DNA of 64,000 nt, from the NCBI GenBank assembly GCA_009772965.1, contig WPAF01000002.1, positions 54,199 to 118,198 on the forward strand, written 5' to 3'. The notes under the pieces were generated by a model. It saw nothing but the letters and a program-made list of their open reading frames with translations. It was not told where the DNA came from and did no database searches. How positions within the stretch are numbered: position 1 is the first letter of the stretch; each line of letters begins with the position of its first letter. This stretch comes from Candidatus Saganbacteria bacterium. GTDB lineage: Bacteria; Margulisbacteria; WOR-1; XYC2-FULL-46-14; WPAF01. This document shows, one piece after another, positions 61,401 through 64,000 of the stretch. The translations under genes and the position numbers were made by a program.

Positions 61401-63188
61401 TTCTTGGCTTGTGGTATTGAAAGAGCTCACTGCCGCGTGCGCCGCAAGATAACTTATTCGGGAGATTATGTTGCTGTAATTGCCCGCTTTAACGTCCTTT
61501 GGTTTTTTCTTGTCAATATATGAAGTGAGTAAAGCATACGCCTTGTGGGTGGTTTTAAACTTTTTAGCAACGCCATCCATAGCTTCATCGTTGTAATTTA
61601 ATAAATAGACCGCCAGTTCAATTAAAATCCTTATGGCGTCATATCCTTCTGTTGCGCCCAGATTTGCTGCCTTAACATTTGTTCTGATGGTTAACCTGCC
61701 GGTTTCCGGGTCAATTCCCAGCTCAACCTGGTCGGGGAAAAAGTTAGTTAACGAGTAAGCACCTATTTTTTTCATTATCAGATCATATATGTTTTTGTTA
61801 ATATCAAAAGAGCCGTCCTGGTTTTCAATGAAGGAGCGGTCCTGAATAAGTGAAAAATAGTAGCCATTATTGGTTAATTTTGGTTTTATAGCTTTGGATT
61901 TTTTATTGGCTTTGGTTCGGCTTAATCTAGTAAGGGCTAACAGCTCTTTGTCTGTCACAGGAATTTTGCGCATTAAACTTTCAAATATTTTATATTGGGG
62001 ACCGTCAAGCCGAACATATTTCCCGTCCCCGCTTGTTATTTTGCTGTCTTCAATTTGACGATATAAGTTGTGGGCAAAGTTATAAGAAGCTTTGATGATA
62101 TCAAAACTATCGGAAACCAGCTGATACCAGAAATCCTTGTCTTTGTTGTCATACGCGGCAATTTTCATAATGACATTCAGGCAGTTATATGAAGGGTTGA
62201 CGGTGTAATTGTGGTTGAATCCAGGGCCGCCCCAGGAGGGGAGATCTCCCACGCGGATAAACATTCTAACAATTTCATTGGACTTATTTTTGATCACTTC
62301 AACATCATATGTTTTTAGCCCTTCTATCATAAAATCGAGGAGGGAGCTGATAGTAAAATTGGGCCTACTGCCAAAGCTTCGCATTCGCAGCCCTGTCAAC
62401 TTATCCTTAATAGGATCCGGAAAGTTAAAGGCGGCCGAAGCACTGAATATCTTTAGATTTTGCAATTGTTTAATTGTCATGAGCGCGTCTATAAAAATTA
62501 GATCTGCGTCAGAAGCGGAGGTCTCTTCATCTTTGCTTTGAAAATATACCCCTTTTTGCTCCTGGCTATAATAACAGCGCCACCCCATATTCCCGTATTT
62601 GTTTAACATGGTGAGCGCCCCGCGGATCAAGCCAAAAGCGACAGTCTCATATTTCTTTATTAGTTCAGTTTTAGCATCTTCTTTCATATTCTTTGAATGG
62701 TGAATTAGTAAAGCGGCGTTTGCCACCGCCTGGAGGCCGTAGGCTATACCTTCTGAAACAATTTGTCCTCCCTGGGTGGGGGATTCAACATAATAAATTG
62801 GCTCATTGTCGCTTCCGGCTATCCTCAAAAAATAACCGCTGTAATTAATTTTGCTGTTGTTTATAACGACTTTACCTTCATCATTTATTTCAAAGTTTTT
62901 AAGCAGGCTCTGGTTGAGGCCTTGAGTTAAATGGGCCATTAGCTTTCCTTGATTGAGCGCGGATCTTCCTGTGTCTTTATTAATATCCATATTTTCTGTA
63001 TTTGGATCCCCAGCATCTATGGATTTACTGGTTATACTGCTTTGTTGGACTGGGGGATTAATAATTGACAGGACATAATTAATTCCCAGTCCGCCCGCGG
63101 CTACTCCGCCCGCGACCAGAATTGGTTTTATTACTTTCGTAAGTGTTATTCTGCCAACTGAAAGGCCCAAGCCTCTAAAAAACCCCAT
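58479..63188 (-). CDS. Giant (1569 aa) membrane-anchored protein: N-terminal GH8-like glycoside hydrolase domain fused to about 1100 aa of helical repeats
   Basis: N-terminal TM helix (ILVAGGVAAGGLGINYVLSII). GH8 signature blocks appear in the correct order and spacing: IVSEGIAYGL (SEGQxYGM, catalytic Glu), SASDADLIFIDAL (ASDADxxIAxAL) and TVNPSYN (NPSY). The rest is helical TPR-like. Confidence 0.6.
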   Translation of the reverse strand: MGFFRGLGLSVGRITLTKVIKPILVAGGVAAGGLGINYVLSIINPPVQQSSITSKSIDAGDPNTENMDINKDTGRSALNQGKLMAHLTQGLNQSLLKNFEINDEGKVVINNSKINYSGYFLRIAGSDNEPIYYVESPTQGGQIVSEGIAYGLQAVANAALLIHHSKNMKEDAKTELIKKYETVAFGLIRGALTMLNKYGNMGWRCYYSQEQKGVYFQSKDEETSASDADLIFIDALMTIKQLQNLKIFSASAAFNFPDPIKDKLTGLRMRSFGSRPNFTISSLLDFMIEGLKTYDVEVIKNKSNEIVRMFIRVGDLPSWGGPGFNHNYTVNPSYNCLNVIMKIAAYDNKDKDFWYQLVSDSFDIIKASYNFAHNLYRQIEDSKITSGDGKYVRLDGPQYKIFESLMRKIPVTDKELLALTRLSRTKANKKSKAIKPKLTNNGYYFSLIQDRSFIENQDGSFDINKNIYDLIMKKIGAYSLTNFFPDQVELGIDPETGRLTIRTNVKAANLGATEGYDAIRILIELAVYLLNYNDEAMDGVAKKFKTTHKAYALLTSYIDKKKPKDVKAGNYSNIISRISYLAAHAAVSSFNTTSQEEKAEAYTQFINELNKYISTKSVYDYIDSKGKKGPQYYNTMLFLRAASMLELAFNKKISPSIVARGKIINRTPQPLSDEPFNHILLGMEDVDYFAKMARDDILFPGILIARHVFKSDIEEKPVMAIEAERRYHYYKKAAINDKTILAQFNFAESCLGVGRYDEASEAYRNLILFTQSLKGPADQFIFTLAINRLKNILETLNVLSTEIEDRFKWFLELDHKCTRIKMILRLAYIQELNRSRRFTLAQSQENLLLVELENSKNSLSSWPNKLMEHVYNIGFSGEHGNTPIPQQAFIVQVISEIIDTAASGYSVNHFTMLPNNKTIEFPRKQYNYSDAFNLAAVILEQNHPVIEKLREKGLIKNLPSNPPIKDLLKVFEIYKSQFPTQAKAHILYKIARILQRRIFDLNDDFQRRKFSDPFHLYWLNQKDIHNSGESYEQRQANLVNEYQKIIAACSIAEYAFKQALVEEVNTTKNYQSISEIIDSWMGTLLFKLDVLKKQKDEHIQSINNLANNNEFTGDYTEEAANKKKEIVVTGFSKDYEAAIKTLKEISSSILSTFNRFNNIITGVTASLEHNFTSQPSARFDLPDKTLFSQAAGLLVNHFKSSDPRNVAQTKWLLKLSSVLVSAGAQAHKLTEFKDAILLLNSIPSIKFTNPTLPAMHIIRVINELSDVCLAAHASLHEYYRLSDNPKIKSKYKKDIEIISQLMTEIMHLVLDTNRLSTARSQLMLANNNLILAKGNNQPTTNIDNDIRRIGQKIKTISDNYISIHAFKIGVIGKEINKDSFIYSDSNDVINSFLGLAKKIGQYAPQIEELFNKDNTNNAKFLAFLGNFTWWTLMIEPGEKIILKGEKGQQTETYRTIIKALKYYREALKYDRHNLEALAGSVMLYSSLQNDRKAFSYLVKTVRTAAGGFIPDNKLRDLVSLFGLFSLDKKTSKLDQHQKNAILSIQNFLGKKKAISLYDTQIINEILRHF

Positions 63189-63189
63189 A

Positions 63190-63969
63190 TTATTTCACGC
63201 TCCCGTATGCCCAAATGTGGTTTTTCTCTTCCCATTGTTTCGCGTCTTCTATTGGGCTCACCCCTTGATTTAAACCATACCCCCTAATGGTGTAGTATGA
63301 TGCCAGGCCGATCCAAAAGATCATGGAAGCGATCCCCAGCTCATAAAAGTCAACATACTTGGCCCCAGAAAAAACATGCCGGCCCAACCTATAAATTGCT
63401 AAGAAGTTAAGAACAGTTAACAATTTGCTCCTGCCCATATATTCTTCACTAAAGAGTTTTTTTCCAAAGCTTTTTACCTTCATCGGCTGTTCTAACGGGT
63501 CGGTTACATTGAATCCGGCTTTTTCATTGTGCCAAAACCTTCTCATCACATAATTGTAGTTAAAATGAAGCATAACCTTTTCATACCCCATGTTTGAGGT
63601 AACTCCAGTCCAGGAAGATCCCGCGGATATCCTGGAATATCTTAATACCCCTTCAATCATCAGATAGTTGACAAAACCGGTTTCAATTATCCAGTTGAGC
63701 GGTTCTTTAAATGTGGTCCCAAAGGCGTTGGGATTGGGCATCATTATGGAAGGGTGCCCAAAAAAGATAAAACCCAGCGAAGCATAAGCATTGGCCAAAC
63801 CGGGCATCCCAAACATGTTGTATAGCGGCCCCTGTATAAGGTCAAACGCGGTTTTTGCCGGCATGACTTTGCGGTATTTCCAGCAGTATTTTACGGCCAT
63901 TCTAATAAGCGCGGCGTTCATTGCCATCCAGCGAAGTTTTTGGAACATATCAGCGTTAAATTCAAGCAT
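63190..63969 (-). CDS. Hypothetical 259-aa protein at the head of the cluster (aromatic-rich)
   Basis: ORF with an ATG at 63969. W/Y/F/G/N-rich and possibly beta-rich. Its stop is 1 nt from the start of the giant gene, consistent with translational coupling. The region upstream lies outside the window. Confidence 0.4.
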   Translation of the reverse strand: MLEFNADMFQKLRWMAMNAALIRMAVKYCWKYRKVMPAKTAFDLIQGPLYNMFGMPGLANAYASLGFIFFGHPSIMMPNPNAFGTTFKEPLNWIIETGFVNYLMIEGVLRYSRISAGSSWTGVTSNMGYEKVMLHFNYNYVMRRFWHNEKAGFNVTDPLEQPMKVKSFGKKLFSEEYMGRSKLLTVLNFLAIYRLGRHVFSGAKYVDFYELGIASMIFWIGLASYYTIRGYGLNQGVSPIEDAKQWEEKNHIWAYGSVK

Positions 63970-64000
63970 GGCGTCGTTTTGCTGGCGTAGTCCCCTAACG

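Overview
Low-GC (about 40%) bacterial chromosomal window with a core region and several accessory regions.

Core region, 1-11.6 kb: a nitrogen-assimilation supercluster (amtB 3' end, glnK, CBS protein, ArsB/NhaD-type permease, glnA, gltB, gltD, a second ArsB/NhaD permease).

Accessory block, 11.6-21.5 kb:
- an HTH-nucleotidyltransferase gene with an apparently frameshifted HEPN partner;
- an arsR-ACR3 arsenite cassette with a clear sigma70 promoter and a perfect palindromic operator;
- an AbiEi/AbiEii pair;
- a SemiSWEET gene;
- GH130 and GT4-fusion sugar enzymes;
- a small islet bounded by tRNA-Glu(CUC) and a decayed copy of the tRNA 3' half.

Minus-strand operon, 21.9-29.6 kb: a complete V/A-type ATPase operon (G-I-K-E-C-F-A-B-D). 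A second AbiEi/AbiEii module sits at its 5' end, flanked by about 100-bp direct repeats that duplicate the operon start.

Housekeeping block, 32-39.9 kb: wecA, wecB, murA, ybeY, corC, pyrG, dut, dapB.

Minus-strand genes, 39.9-49.1 kb: GH94 and GH42 glycosidases, a HEPN/MNT pair, glmS, an orphan sugar-binding lipoprotein and a third AbiEii-like gene.

Most unusual region, 49.6-64.0 kb, all on the minus strand:
- a 1569-aa membrane-anchored protein with an N-terminal GH8-like (BcsZ-like) domain fused to about 1100 aa of helical repeats;
- a 1077-aa helical-repeat/TPR protein;
- a TPR + C-terminal beta-barrel outer-membrane protein (BcsC/PgaA/PelB-like architecture);
- a GH116-like glycosidase split by a frameshift;
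- two unknown proteins.
This looks like an unusual polysaccharide processing/export-type module with no synthase visible in the window. No CRISPR array or rRNA was seen.
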